In this document: in pieces, positions 37,333-50,169 of the stretch
Numbering within the stretch: the stretch's first letter is position 1
Layout: each line of letters starts with the position of its first letter
Source of the DNA: Pecten maximus
Taxonomy: Eukaryota
Reading direction: 5' to 3'
NCBI RefSeq assembly: GCF_902652985.1
Contig: NC_047031.1
Span: forward strand, 26,784,001 to 26,848,000
DNA: 64,000 bases
Translations under genes and position numbers: made by a program
Notes under the pieces: model-generated
The model's database searches: none
What the model saw: the letters and a program-made list of their open reading frames with translations, nothing else
What the model was told of the DNA's origin: nothing

Positions 37333-39862
37333 TACATACTAACCTAATGAATTTGAATATATCACAGAAATTTACACATCCTAAGCTTTAAAACATTAAT
37401 CTGAAATTACAGTAAAAGTTGGAAACAAATATTGATCTTACTTGTCAATCTTATTCTGTAGTACATAAACTAATGTTTAAAAAATGTCCTTCCCGTGACG
37501 CTCTCAGCAATGTGGAGAGATATTTTCAAATGTTTTTCAAAAGAGATATTTTCACATCAACCAATGTTTGTCCCTTAGTACTCTGTGTATGTCACTCTAC
37601 CAAGCTAGCCTAATAACTGACGATATACTATAGGACATGTATGCATATATATATACATATACAGAACCAAAAACAATAGACCTATAAGAACAATATGCTC
37701 AACAAAGACATTGGTTATGTACGCATACACGGCAATTCGACTCTTTCAAAAGCGATGGCGCGATCACCTTAATTGTATTACTAATTACTACTACTAGATT
37801 ATACCACCGCATTCCATTGTACTTCGTCACGCCGATCAGCGCTATATCGTACAAACAGGAAGTTATTAAACCATAGTTCTGATGAATGCACCAGACTGGA
37901 GCTGGAACGAAATAATTTATTCGGAATTGACATTAGTATAGCAAACTTACAGTACTATGCAGAATATGATATCAAAGACGCAATAAGTGCTATAAGATTG
38001 GGTACTGCGACAAGACATTCGATTTAGGGTGATATATACTAATTAAAATCAAAATATGCGATAAGCGAAATTCTCTTTGTAATGTATCGTCGTCTCGTCC
38101 TCTTCCACTTACATCGAACTGTATATATCTATATTGCACTTATCCAGGAATGCAACGTTTTACCACTTTCAGTTTGCCCTGCATTCACACATCATTTACA
38201 TATTATAAAAAACAAGATCGGTTCATCGACCTGTGAATTATCGCCTTGTAAATTATAAATTTTATCATACAAAGGCTTTACTTGTCTCACTCTGATGAAG
38301 TAAGTAAAACATATTTACAATGAACCTTGACAACTCGAAACATATTCATAATATAAAACATCAGCAATTAACATGGGTATAAAATGGCAATATTATATTA
38401 AACTGATCTTTGCTACAAACTTGGGTTGGTTAGGAGAAAGGTGTAATCTACCACAATACCGTTCGGTCGATAATAACCTGGTTTTATATATAACATACCT
38501 ATTGCTATTGTAGGTGTCTTCTCATTCCAGTCCGTAAGGCTTGTAGGGCCTTATTCTTGGTAGAAGTAAAATGGCCGCCTATATTTTGGAGAACAAATAT
38601 ATCACGTGATATATGTTTCTTAAGCATGACAAACTATTCAACACTATGTAATATCAGCAGTCTAACAAATACGTTAGCGGAATGTTAATGAAGACGAATC
38701 CATGCAGTAAATATCTCTGACTTTTATATAAAAAGATAATGAAATATGTTCATTAAGAAAGAATAATATTTTCAGTAACATTCTTATTTCAATCCCGTGT
38801 TCTCTGAAAATGTGTTTGCTTGTAATAGGAAATGAATGCGATTCCCTTAACTCACCCAGCAATCGTATCACGTATGTCCCATATAGTTATATAAGCCTTA
38901 TAACACCATAGGACTATCAACTTGGTAGTTCATTACATTTTTTTGTATTTTTTTTCCTTTATCATAATAATGACGACAGTAAAAATATCGCCTAGCTTTT
39001 CCTCGTAAAGATGCTACCCTCTTATAAACACTTTCCTAATCGACCTTTGTATAAAATGACTGGGAATTGCAAAATAAGTGTGGCATGTTAAAACCATAAG
39101 GATGGAGAATGTTTGTTTTGTCGAAAACGTTCTCAAAATTAGGTTTTCAATATTTTGACTTTCAAATTATGAGACTGAACAGATTCTTTTCTTTCGTTTT
39201 CAAGTTCATTTAAATCCAAATTAATCACGATCGCTTCGACTGTGACAGCAATGCAAAGTTAATAACGATATTGTTTTGCTCGTTAAATATATGTTATATT
39301 CAGCGGGGAACATTCAACATCCTTAATTTATTATGATATCTTTTACATTGTACTGTAGTTAAAATTGTACCTTTTTACTGGCAGTTGACGGGTGACCTCG
39401 TGCAATACAACAATTTGTATCAAACAATTATGATAATTGTATGGGAATTGTATTATGTTTGTAAATTACTGTAAAAAATCACTTTTGAACGTAGCTGCTG
39501 CTTGAGCCAGATAAAACAAAAGTTCCACAGGACAGAACGATATACACAATTGAGTGTAGTATAGTGCTGTCATCGAATGTCATAAAATGTTATATACTGT
39601 CTTTCATTAAAATAAAAATTTAATTACCTTAATATTGGAAAGCTGACATGCTATCAATCTATAATATCACTACAAAATAAATGATTATTGTTTAGCAGGT
39701 TGGGAAAAAACAAGTAGTTAAACGTCTTAAACTCAATAAATACAACTTGGTATCATAATTATGAACGTTGTAACAGTGATTCAGGAAGTAGTTAATCTTA
39801 GGCAATAATTTACATGAGTTATACCCCGTTGACTGAGAATTTGTGGTGTGGTTAATGTAGTA

Positions 39863-40298
39863 GGGCGAACTTGATTCTAGCTTGCAGTTTGTGCCGTTTG
39901 CCGGTTTTGAGCTAGCCGACGGTACGTACATTCAAGCAAAGCGGCTCAGTTGAAATATGGCCGACATAGACCAAAACATATTTATATATGAATAAACATA
40001 TTTCGAAAGCATTGTAAACATCGAACTCTGCAGAACATTCAAAATCAACTATTTTGCACTATACAATGTTTATATGACTGGATCAAAACAAGTTGATATT
40101 CTTCTCACTTCTCACTTCTCACTTAATCTAATCTTTCGGTTGAACACGTAGCCATCTTATTTGCCGGTGTGCCGGTGCTTTCAAACCGGCAGGAATTTAC
40201 GGCGACGCATTTTCGGGACAAAATTAAAGTAATTTTACCGTCTTCCCGCCTTCCCGCCTTCCCGCCGGCACACCGACACGTCAGAATCAAGTTCGCCC
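39863..40298. mobile_element. PIF/Harbinger-like MITE
   Basis: Perfect 16-bp TIR GGGCGAACTTGATTCT / AGAATCAAGTTCGCCC, flanked by a 3-bp GTA on both sides. Confidence 0.8.
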
Positions 40299-40936
40299 GT
40301 AGACTTATTCCATACTTTCGTTCTCTACTTCCGCCAAGGACCAGTAGTCTCGTTCAACCAGACTCTTGTTGACTGCGTATACATCGCTACACATCGCTAT
40401 TGCATAGCATGTATTACCAGACACTGGTATATTCATGTCAAACATTGTTTTAACTGTGGAACAAGAGTTACCACCCCTTTTAGAATCATGGCGCAGATAC
40501 ATTTACTTGAGTGTTGCGGCTTAGCCAACCGCATACAGAGAAACAGAGTGATTACCAGCCTAATCGGGGCACGGTTGAGTTCCTTTTCATAAATACACAT
40601 TTTCACATATCAAAGCATATTTCGATAGGAAAATCAATCTTTGCAATAAGCAAACAATCGACAGGAATCGGTGTCGGGTGGGAAAAAAACAAAAACGATC
40701 TATGCAGACTTACACACAGGCTATGATCAGTTGATCATGTACGCCTATAGGTACGTACAGGAATATTTTTAAATATTTGTGTTCACATCACCTTATTAGG
40801 GTGCTGAACAAGTTCTCTTTACTTGCTTTCAGGTTATAACTTTTGACCTACAATGCCATTTTAGCTCCACAGCAATGCAGTATGTTACAGGTATAAATAT
40901 TAGAACTATAAAGCTATATATAGGCCTAACTTAAAT

Positions 40937-41049
40937 TATATATAACTTAGCAACACAAATAACGAAGGAAGACAACGTTTTGACTCGTGCCCTGACCGGG
41001 CCTCGAACTCACTATCTACGGCACCCAATCGCCTAGCCAGAAATACCCG
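40937..41049 (-). mobile_element. Copy of the tRNA-related repeat at 1273-1382
   Basis: Reverse-complement match (TGACTCGTGCCCTGACCGGGCCTCGAACTCAC...CGCCTAGCCAGAAATACCC). Confidence 0.65.
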
Positions 41050-42988
41050 AGTTATCATATGTTCATTTACATGCGTTGGCATCAATATTTTTGTCTGTTC
41101 ATCCCGTTGTTCTGTATAACTGTCCACAATTGTAGTGCTTCAGCTTTAGTGTTATTATCGCATCAAACTACATGGTATTATAACGTAATATTGAGATTTG
41201 GGTTCCATATGATCATATGAGGTTATCATTACCTGCAAATGAATACTGATCTTTCGAAAATATCCTAGAAACTGTGTTTGTTATACAGACATCAGTGGTA
41301 TGTAGTAAATATCCGGTATATGTATGTGAATGTATACACGCACAATAGGACACTAACATATTGTATATTTATGTACCATTTTCTGGGGGATTTAGAAGTA
41401 GAAATTAGACAGTCCTTCAGTCAACGTCATCAATCAAGGCCCAATATCTCATTTGTAAAGCCACTATCAAAATAAAACAGAGCAGTGTGCAATGTATCCG
41501 AAGAACTCTTTGACAGGTAATCTCTATTAGCCCCAACTCATCTTGTATTTGTTTTTAACATACAATACTTATAACCATTCTCAGACTATTGGATAGAACA
41601 CTTCTGATATAGGACTCCCACTAAAACACCCACATTTATCCCTCCCAAGGTCACCAGTATTCTTCAAAACGTTTTTTTCCATAATAATTTTGATATAAGT
41701 TTCTTACACAGAAAACAGTTTCTATTTTTTCCATGTTTAGGGGATGTTACTAGAGCTCGGACTCCTTTTAAATTCAAAAGTCTTGATTGATCATCGCGAT
41801 TTCTCAATAATCATTGCCCGCTCATCAACGGTACTGGAACTATTTACACATATAATGGCAACATCCACTAGAATATCGGTATTTGTCTGTGATTTATTTT
41901 GATTTGAGGCTAGGATCCGCGTTACGGTGAATGGAGAGCTCAGGAATAACTTGTTGATATGATAGTCATCATCATCTTTAAAAGACTAGGATTTCAAGCT
42001 TGACATACAAAATGTCGTAGGTTTACCAAAGCAGACATCAAAATTGTTCTTCGTTTTCGAATGGACCCAGCGGAATACGAGTCATTGAGTGCAGCACAAA
42101 TGTCTATGTTTCAGGCTTTTTGTAAATGATTCACAGTTGTGAAATTTGAACTGCTCCTGATCAGGTAGAGGCTGTTATATTGAGGAAGTCGATTTATTAT
42201 ATTGCAATAGCACCTTTGGCATAAACAATTAAGTTGTGAAAATATGTGAAATTTGAAAATACTTTAAGCATCAATGCTCATTGCCATTTACAACTGGTGC
42301 TAATTGTTTAAACCAAATAGGAACAGAACAATTTAGATTGAAAACAAGAGGTCTTAAGTGCCAATGTTAAAGGGGGCTCTTTATTAGGAAGTTTTCGAAA
42401 ACTATTGAATTATCTAGATATTTTGAGAATATACTACTAGTTATTCAAAGACATGAAAGTAATTTTTTATTGCAAAAACAAAAACAAGAAATGGAAATTT
42501 GAGAAAAGAAATCAGGGATAAAAAAAAAACAGAAATAAATGCACGGGGATAAAAGTGTAACAATTATATCAAAACCAAAAAAAGAAATAGCAGTCAACAA
42601 AAACAGAGCTGTGACTTAGGAAACAAAACATTTCCATCGAAAAGAAGAGCATTTTATGATTGAACCCCTGCATACCAAAATATCACAAATCAGAAATAAG
42701 AAAATCGGAAGCAGCAGCTTGTAAATCAGCTCTGAGATTCTTTGAAAAGGAAAAACGGTAAATCGATATCTGTGTTATTGTCCGGCAATGGGAAAAAGAA
42801 GTACTTCAGACCTATGATAGTGAGAATAAAGAAATTGAGGGCTTGAGACAAATGGATGACATGGACACACTGATCATGAAGTACAGAATCTTACCACTCG
42901 GAACAGCTGTTGTGGAGGTCATGTAAAAATAACTTTTATTTTCGGATAACTAATATTCCTGGTGGGTTTGATGTTCAGAAGTCATCTA

Positions 42989-43151
42989 TCACTAGCCCTC
43001 CAACTCTGGGTTGCGAGTTCGAAACCTACGTGGAGCAGTTGCCAGGTACTGACCGTAGAACGGTGGTTTGTACTCCGGCTTTCCTCCACCTCCAAAACCT
43101 GGCACATTCTTTCATGACCCTGGCTGTTAATATGACGTCAAAAAGAAAGTA
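42989..43151 (+). mobile_element. 5'-truncated V-type SINE with 10-bp TSD
   Basis: Matches the SINE at 47-258. AAGTCATCTA is duplicated at 42979-42988 and 43152-43161. Confidence 0.8.
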
Positions 43152-43153
43152 AA

Positions 43154-43258
43154 GTCATCTAGGTAATGGGTTTGGTGTTCAGGAGTCATCTAGGTAATGG
43201 GTTTGGTGTTCAGGAGTCATCTAGGTAATAGGTTTGGTGTTCAGGAGTCATCTAGGTA
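43154..43258. repeat. 31-bp tandem repeat, about 3.4 units
   Basis: GTCATCTAGGTAATGGGTTTGGTGTTCAGGA. Confidence 0.9.
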
Positions 43259-46200
43259 CCACCTGAAGGAGACTTGTATGACTTGCTTCTTACTCCGTTT
43301 TTGTACCTGAAGTCCTATGTGCTGTCCGGCTGGTATCAACCAGCCAAGACTCCGTCTGTTCTAAATTATAAACAGAAGACATATCCCCTTTATCTCCAAT
43401 AATAACACACAAATACAATGTCTGTGCCAGCTCTACAACGATATCTGATGGAAACAGCATTTAACCAATAAAAGTAAAATCATTTAGTGTGTACTTGTCC
43501 TTCCTCTCATACTCCTACAACACTTTTGAAAACATCAAAACGCATCAAGGATTAAAAACAAGAGCTGAACACCCTGGAAAACCTTGAAGTTACAGAAACG
43601 ACATTTATTAGCGGTCTGTAAATGTTGGTAACTAGATAAAAAAAAAACATGTAAACGAAGTATCAAAACATTTACTACATTCAATTCCGACTCTACAACT
43701 TTTTGGGTTATACAAAAACTGACCGTGTGCCCTGAGGTCGCAGGCTGGAACTGACTGTCTCACCTAAGCACCACGTTACATGATCACGCAACATACAATT
43801 CACGTGCAGCTTGTTTTCCCTCATCAATATCATGAGTTAGTTCACTCTCATAACAAACAGACTGGACCGCTCACCAAACCCTGCATAGGTCGAAAAGAGT
43901 GAAGCACAAGCTAAGACTATGATACCAACAAATATCACATGTAGCGGGGTGTAATTTGTCGTGAGATGATGACAATGCCGCTGGGTTCGTTTTATATAAA
44001 AGGTTTTATTATTTCTAAGAAAAAAAACATGTTCTGAAACATACACAATAAAACATAATTAATTTCATTCAAAAATCATACATCTATCATACAACAATAG
44101 ATCACGCGTACAATTACATATAAAGAAATGATATTCCATACACAACACGATAAAATATCACAAATAATGACGATTACTCGATAATATAAAATCACACACT
44201 TACAACACGTATAATGCATCAACGTAAGAAGGCTTAACACAGTTCGCTTCTTTGATCGTCACACCGCACAAACTACAATAACAAATAAAGCACAGTTTTT
44301 ACACTTGTACCATGGAAATAATAGCTTCAATATGAACACTATAACATTTACAACATTACATTTACAAAGATACCTCTGTACGATAACTGTGTACAGTACA
44401 TGTATGTATACAAAGATACCTCTGTACGATAACTGTGTACAGTACATATACGTATATATTCAAAGTATTAAAAATATGGAAAACATGATCTTTTATTTAT
44501 AACTTTCAAATCTCATTCTTACAGAAACAGAAGCAGGGGAAAACAACTTAAGAAAGATATCAAACTTACCAATACAGGAATATGACTCTACATAGCGACA
44601 GATGAATTGGATAACCTCCGACTTCAACGACGTCGGAATTCAAATGTACCGAAACACAAAGAAACATAAGACTAAAACCAAAGACAGAAATTTTTAACCA
44701 ATCAAACACGTTTGTCACACTCACATGTCACGTTCGCCAGTGAAATATACTCACTGGTACAAAGTCATACACATATCAATATACACACAAAGAATCGCGC
44801 ATGGGATCGCCGGTAACGCATATATATACGCCCGCACGCAGGTAAAAGGTCGCGAGGGCCGTATACCTCAATAATAAATATCTTACATATTAAATAAATT
44901 TTATTAATAATTATCACACAGGTACATGTATACATATCACCAATATCAAACACTTCATTAAAAATTACCCTATTACACACATATCACTAGAAATCTCCGC
45001 GGTCGGTAGTGTTCATCTGATCGTTTCAAAAAACATTTTCAGAACTGACCAGTTGATGGGAATTTTCTGGATCTAATGTACTTTGTCAGAACAGGAATAC
45101 ACTCTCTGAACTAGAAGCCTCCTTCTAATCTATCATAACTATGAGATAGACAAAGTATGAACCGCATTGACATTGATAAACAAGGAAGTATTCACAGTCG
45201 TCACATTACATGTTATATCTGAGCCTTCTAGCTAGCACTACTTTGGTTGATCTTGATTTATCTTTTTAAAAGCAAATCTTATATTTTCTCTACTGTTCAA
45301 AAATGTCTTCTTAATCATTTGATATGAATTTGAGAAATCCGATACTAATCCTTATAATGAACACCGATAACAAACTTACAGTGTTCAGAATTTCGGCTTT
45401 GTAAGTTATAATAGTTTCCAAATATATGTCTCAAAATTAAGCATGGATAATGGGGACCGTATGGAACCTAAACGGCCATTTGTTTCTCGATTAGTCAAAC
45501 GATGCACAGACATAAAGTTAAACCTTTACACGGAATGCGAGATCAATCTATGACGAACGTTCAGATAAATAGTGATAACCAATTCTAACTGTTAGTATTA
45601 AAACTGACCGCCTGTTAGCGATTTTGTTTTACTATCGGTCTCAAAATTGAACATGCTCAACAAGTGGTGAAATAACGTATATCATATAAGAACAAATCGA
45701 CCATTTTGTGCTTCAATCGGTTTAAAATCTAAACGCGCATATACACCTACTGACCAAAGAAAGCTTTCAAATTGAATATGAGAACGATCGTTGGGAGATT
45801 TTTGAGAAATAGCAATAACAAATCTCAATAGATTAAATTTGAAAAGGCGCCACATTTCTTCCATTTAATCATGGAAAGCTTCTAAATGTTACAACTCAAA
45901 CCGACGGCCTTAAACTTTTTGGATATATTAATCTAGCCCAGGAGTTTAAGAAATACTTGGCCTCAATGTCCCCTAATATACATTAACGACTTGTATTGAT
46001 CTCGTGACGATGTCCATCGACTTAAGTTGGATGATGACTGTAAGTTCATTTAACGGGGATTTTTATCATAATATACAATTTGTCATTGGATACAACTTTA
46101 CAGCATTAAAAGAGAAACCTCAGCACCACTGTTAATAATTGTCAGACTAAGGGAGATTGAATTAATGTGTTATATGCCAAGTCGTGTTGAGGAATAAGGA

Positions 46201-46274
46201 AGCAGAGACGGTTAAAACGATAATTCTGAATGGTTACAGTAGCTAATAGTATAGAAAAACATTCAGAGAAATGA

Positions 46275-47265
46275 AATCACAAGTTTTTATTTAAATACTT
46301 TGATTACATGATGGTGTTTTGAATAATTTTATGTAAGAGATGGAAGTTATTAAACAAATTAAACGAACATAGGTAATTCAGTTAAAACTCTTTAAATCGA
46401 AATAATATAAAAAATTAAACAAAAGAATTTCTTTTTGAAAGTGAAATTCTGCTCATCAATCAGAAGTGAGCCAGCTATGGACAAAATGGATCCTAGATCC
46501 CATTATAACCAAAAATACTGCCCTATACCTTTCCAAAAAGCAACAGTGCTTTACCCTACAAAGGACATCAATCATCCTTCACGCAAAGAACACCAGCTTT
46601 ATACCAAACGAAACACACCTATACTATAACCCACAAGGTACACTTATTTTATACCACACAAAGTATGGCTCAATATTTGTCAAATTACAATATATATCTC
46701 TTGTTAGGGTTGGCTGACTACCACGGGTTTTTTGTACCTCATACTGCGTCACACATCGGTGAAGTATACGAAAGATCTGTCCTGATTGGTTGATCGAGTA
46801 AACGACTGGGTGTGTTCGCATGCTTACCACCGTTATTACTCTCCACGATCACACTCCTCTTATCAGTCCAGACACGACACTGAAGGTGATGTCAAATTCC
46901 CTCTCATTCATCGAATATATCCGTGGTAAGTACTTTTGAATTTAAACTTGACATAATTACAGTTTATTCTTAGAGTATTTATGTACATATCTTAATTCGT
47001 AACATTCAAAAAAATAAATCACAAGTTTTTATTTAAATACTTGGATTACATGATGGTGTTTTGATTAATTTTATGTAAGAGATGGAATTTATTAAGCAGA
47101 GATGGAATTTATTAAACAAATTAAACGAACATAGGTAATTCAGTTAAAAATCTTTAAATTGAATTCATATGAAAAATCAACAAAAGCATTTCTTTTTTGA
47201 AAGTGAAATTCTGCTCATAAATCAGGAGAAGTGAGCCAGTTATGGAAAAAATGGATCCTAGATCC
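46275..47265. repeat. About 230-250 bp dispersed direct duplication (about 46275-46500 and 47016-47265)
   Basis: AATCACAAGTTTTTATTTAAATACTT...ATGGATCCTAGATCC occurs in both copies. Confidence 0.85.
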
Positions 47266-49932
47266 CTTAATAACCGTTATATATTGATGTCATTATTCTA
47301 TAATAACGCTTCACTAACTTGAACCCTCATTTGAAGGTTGGTACGTAACATCAATTACATCGGTGCTTCGATATTTCGAATCCAAATTCATATCTCGGAA
47401 TTAAGTAATAAGATGTTCCAACAGGCTCATTGATTATTATGTTGACGATAATTCTGCTTAATCTCCATAATTAAGTATTTCAAACAGCTGATGCTTATCA
47501 TAGTCCTAATCATCTTTGTTTTTATGTTGTATTCCTAAACGTTCTATCAATAGTAATGGTTATCTTAGGACGGCTCCCACTATGTGCGTGCTTGATGTAT
47601 GTGGTGAGTGGGTGTGTTTTGAGGGATTGTGGTACGTTTTTATTGGTTTTCCTTGTTATGACATTGAAGTGAGGCCACGTTCTAGTGCTATCACTGCAGT
47701 ATAGGGACCACAGAACCAAATCAAAAATAGATTGTGGGTTTTCCCCGTTTGGGCAGAAACGGATAGTAAATTTAATAGGAAGATGGTTGCATCGGGGCCT
47801 ACTGATTGGATATTTAGGTGAGAGAAGTTTCCAAAGTTTTATGTGTGGGTTGGGCAATAAATGAAGATGCAAGATATATAGAAAAAAGTAATGTTTTTGC
47901 TAGCCTGATTTTGTCAGGCGGAGTTCATTAAGTGTGTATTTTGTTGTTAATTAAGATGAATTTTTAGTGCTGAATTCAATACAAGATGGTGGCCCCCATA
48001 TAAAAAAAGTTCAAATTGGTAGAATTTTTTTATCATTCTATTTGGAGGTTTCCGAGATGACATACTTCAAAATTATGGCTACTGGACCAGTGTTGAAAAC
48101 TCCATTTAAGCAGTACAGTGGTAAACGTTAACATTACCGTCTATGGAAAATCATTTGGTTCCGTGGTCCCTATAATGCCGACAATACCAAAACAGACCAG
48201 CACAATGGGTCAAATTGTACTTACAACGAGCCATAAAACTGAGAAGTAAACGACTACAATTGTTCAACCTATTATAACTATAGATTTTTGTTCTGGTGTA
48301 GAGGGAAAATGGTTTACGGTATAACGATACACGAGAGAATGTCGTACGAAATGTTGTATAACGTTATACTCTTAGCCCAAGCTAATGTTTGTGTCTACAC
48401 GGATGTAGTCACGTCGGCGCGGTTGACGAGTCCGAGCAGCCTTCAGCTTAGGTAATTGAACTGATTGAGAAAGTAACACAACATGGCACTTCTTTATTAA
48501 GACCTAGTATTAATATTCTGATTTTTGTAAAGAAAAAAAATGGGAAATGATTTAACAGTATTGAATTATTTTGGGGAATATTTTATCATTTGACTTAATC
48601 TGTTGTTATTATGCTCCATTATTATAGATGATATTGGTTTAGATTAAAGATGATACTTTACCGAAAGTTTATACACTGCTTCTGGCAAAGATGCATGACA
48701 TGTCTACCACCATATAGAAATGTATAATTAATACCAACAAATGACAAAAAAGATAATAACAGCATTTAGACGCTCGATTATGATACCACAAAATACTGAC
48801 GGAGAACGAAAGGATTTCTTTGGGATGTATCTAATAGCTTTTGAGTAATTTTAAATTTCCACATGTAAATATACAAGATAATCTCCACCTTTCGAAGGGT
48901 TGTTAAACGTCAAGTATATATCATTTGCTATTCTTCAACATATGCAAATGGGTGTTATTTCATTATGGTTAAACTATGATGATTTAAAAGTGAATCATCC
49001 GTTTCTAAAGCATTATATTTTTTCATGTCATAAAATCCTTTACGAAATTGAGTCTGATATGATAAGACTGTTTTATACATAATATACGTGGCATTTGTAA
49101 ATGTGTCCTTAGTAGATGAGGTTGTAGTACTTGAGACTTTATACCATGCGGATCCATGTCCTTATTTGCAGTGGTGCGGCCAGCGTATGAATACAACATG
49201 AAATGTCCTTGGAAGAACAATCATGGCTGCCTATCACTTTTAGTATCAACATGATAACTTTTCCAAATTTCTTAGCACTTGATTATAAAGGTTGTCAAGA
49301 AAAGAAAAATAGAAGCAATTTTACAAGTAAAAAATAGTATCAGTGTTCATTTATTTTCAATAACGAAGTTGACAGTGCCCTTTGATTCGAAATAACGAAA
49401 TTTGTCAGCTTTTACCGATAAGACATGGGATTAGTTTCAAACAAACATCCTTAGAATCTAACAGGACGGCTTACATTTACGATATCTGAATGAATACTCT
49501 TATGAAAATAATATAAATTATCCTGATGCAATCCGTTTGAACACCGTCGAATTATCTTTCAACAATATATACAGTCCTACCTGGTAATATTGAAATGCCA
49601 TGGGAATGGAAAAATACCTCACATTAGCCGGTTTTCAATATAACCGGAGTCCAACCTGTGGCCAATATATTTCAGTACCGTCTTACGTGGAACAACATCA
49701 CATTGGTTATTTAGTCAGTTTTTAACAATTGCTTCAAGTTGAAAATATTTACATGGTTTCTTAAAAATAGTCTTTCTTTTATTTTTTTTTTTTTTTTTAA
49801 TACCGGTGGAAACAGTTTCCAGTACATACGGGCTACTTTCAAAGATATTTAGTACCGTCTGTAATCAGTCATGCGCGTCGGTAATAGTTCCGTTTTCAAG
49901 AATCGTTTGAGGGTCGTCGTCAATATTACTCT

Positions 49933-50151
49933 TTTGGTTTGTTTTTGTTTAACGTCCTATTAACAGCCAGGGTCATTTAAGGATGTACCAGGTTTTGGAG
50001 GTTGAGGAAAGTCGGAGTACCCGGAGAAAAACCACCGGCCTACGGTCAGTACCTGGCAACTGCCCCACGTAGGTTTTGAACTCACCACCCAGTGGTGGAG
50101 GGCTAGTGTTAAAGTGACGGGACACCTTACACACTCGGCCTCCGCGGCCCC
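49933..50151 (-). mobile_element. Full-length V-type SINE with 12-bp TSD
   Basis: tRNA-like head GGGGCCGCGGAGGCCGAGTG...GAGTTCAAAACC, V domain and AAAC tail. CAATATTACTCT is duplicated at 49921-49932 and 50152-50163. Confidence 0.88.
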
Positions 50152-50169
50152 CAATATTACTCTCCTCAT

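Noticed and set aside
41900-42925. Purine-rich, coding-like stretch
   Set aside because: Multiple stops and no motif I can identify. It may be a decayed transposon or pseudogene but cannot be assigned.
43837-44046. 69-aa minus-strand ORF with a hydrophobic stretch and a possible GTGAG donor
   Set aside because: No recognisable family, and the nearest candidate next exon stops within a few codons. Support is insufficient.
49933-50151. tRNA gene-like A/B boxes (also at 47-120, 1273-1330 and 40990-41049)
   Set aside because: These are SINE heads followed by SINE bodies and tails, some with TSDs. No complete cloverleaf was seen.
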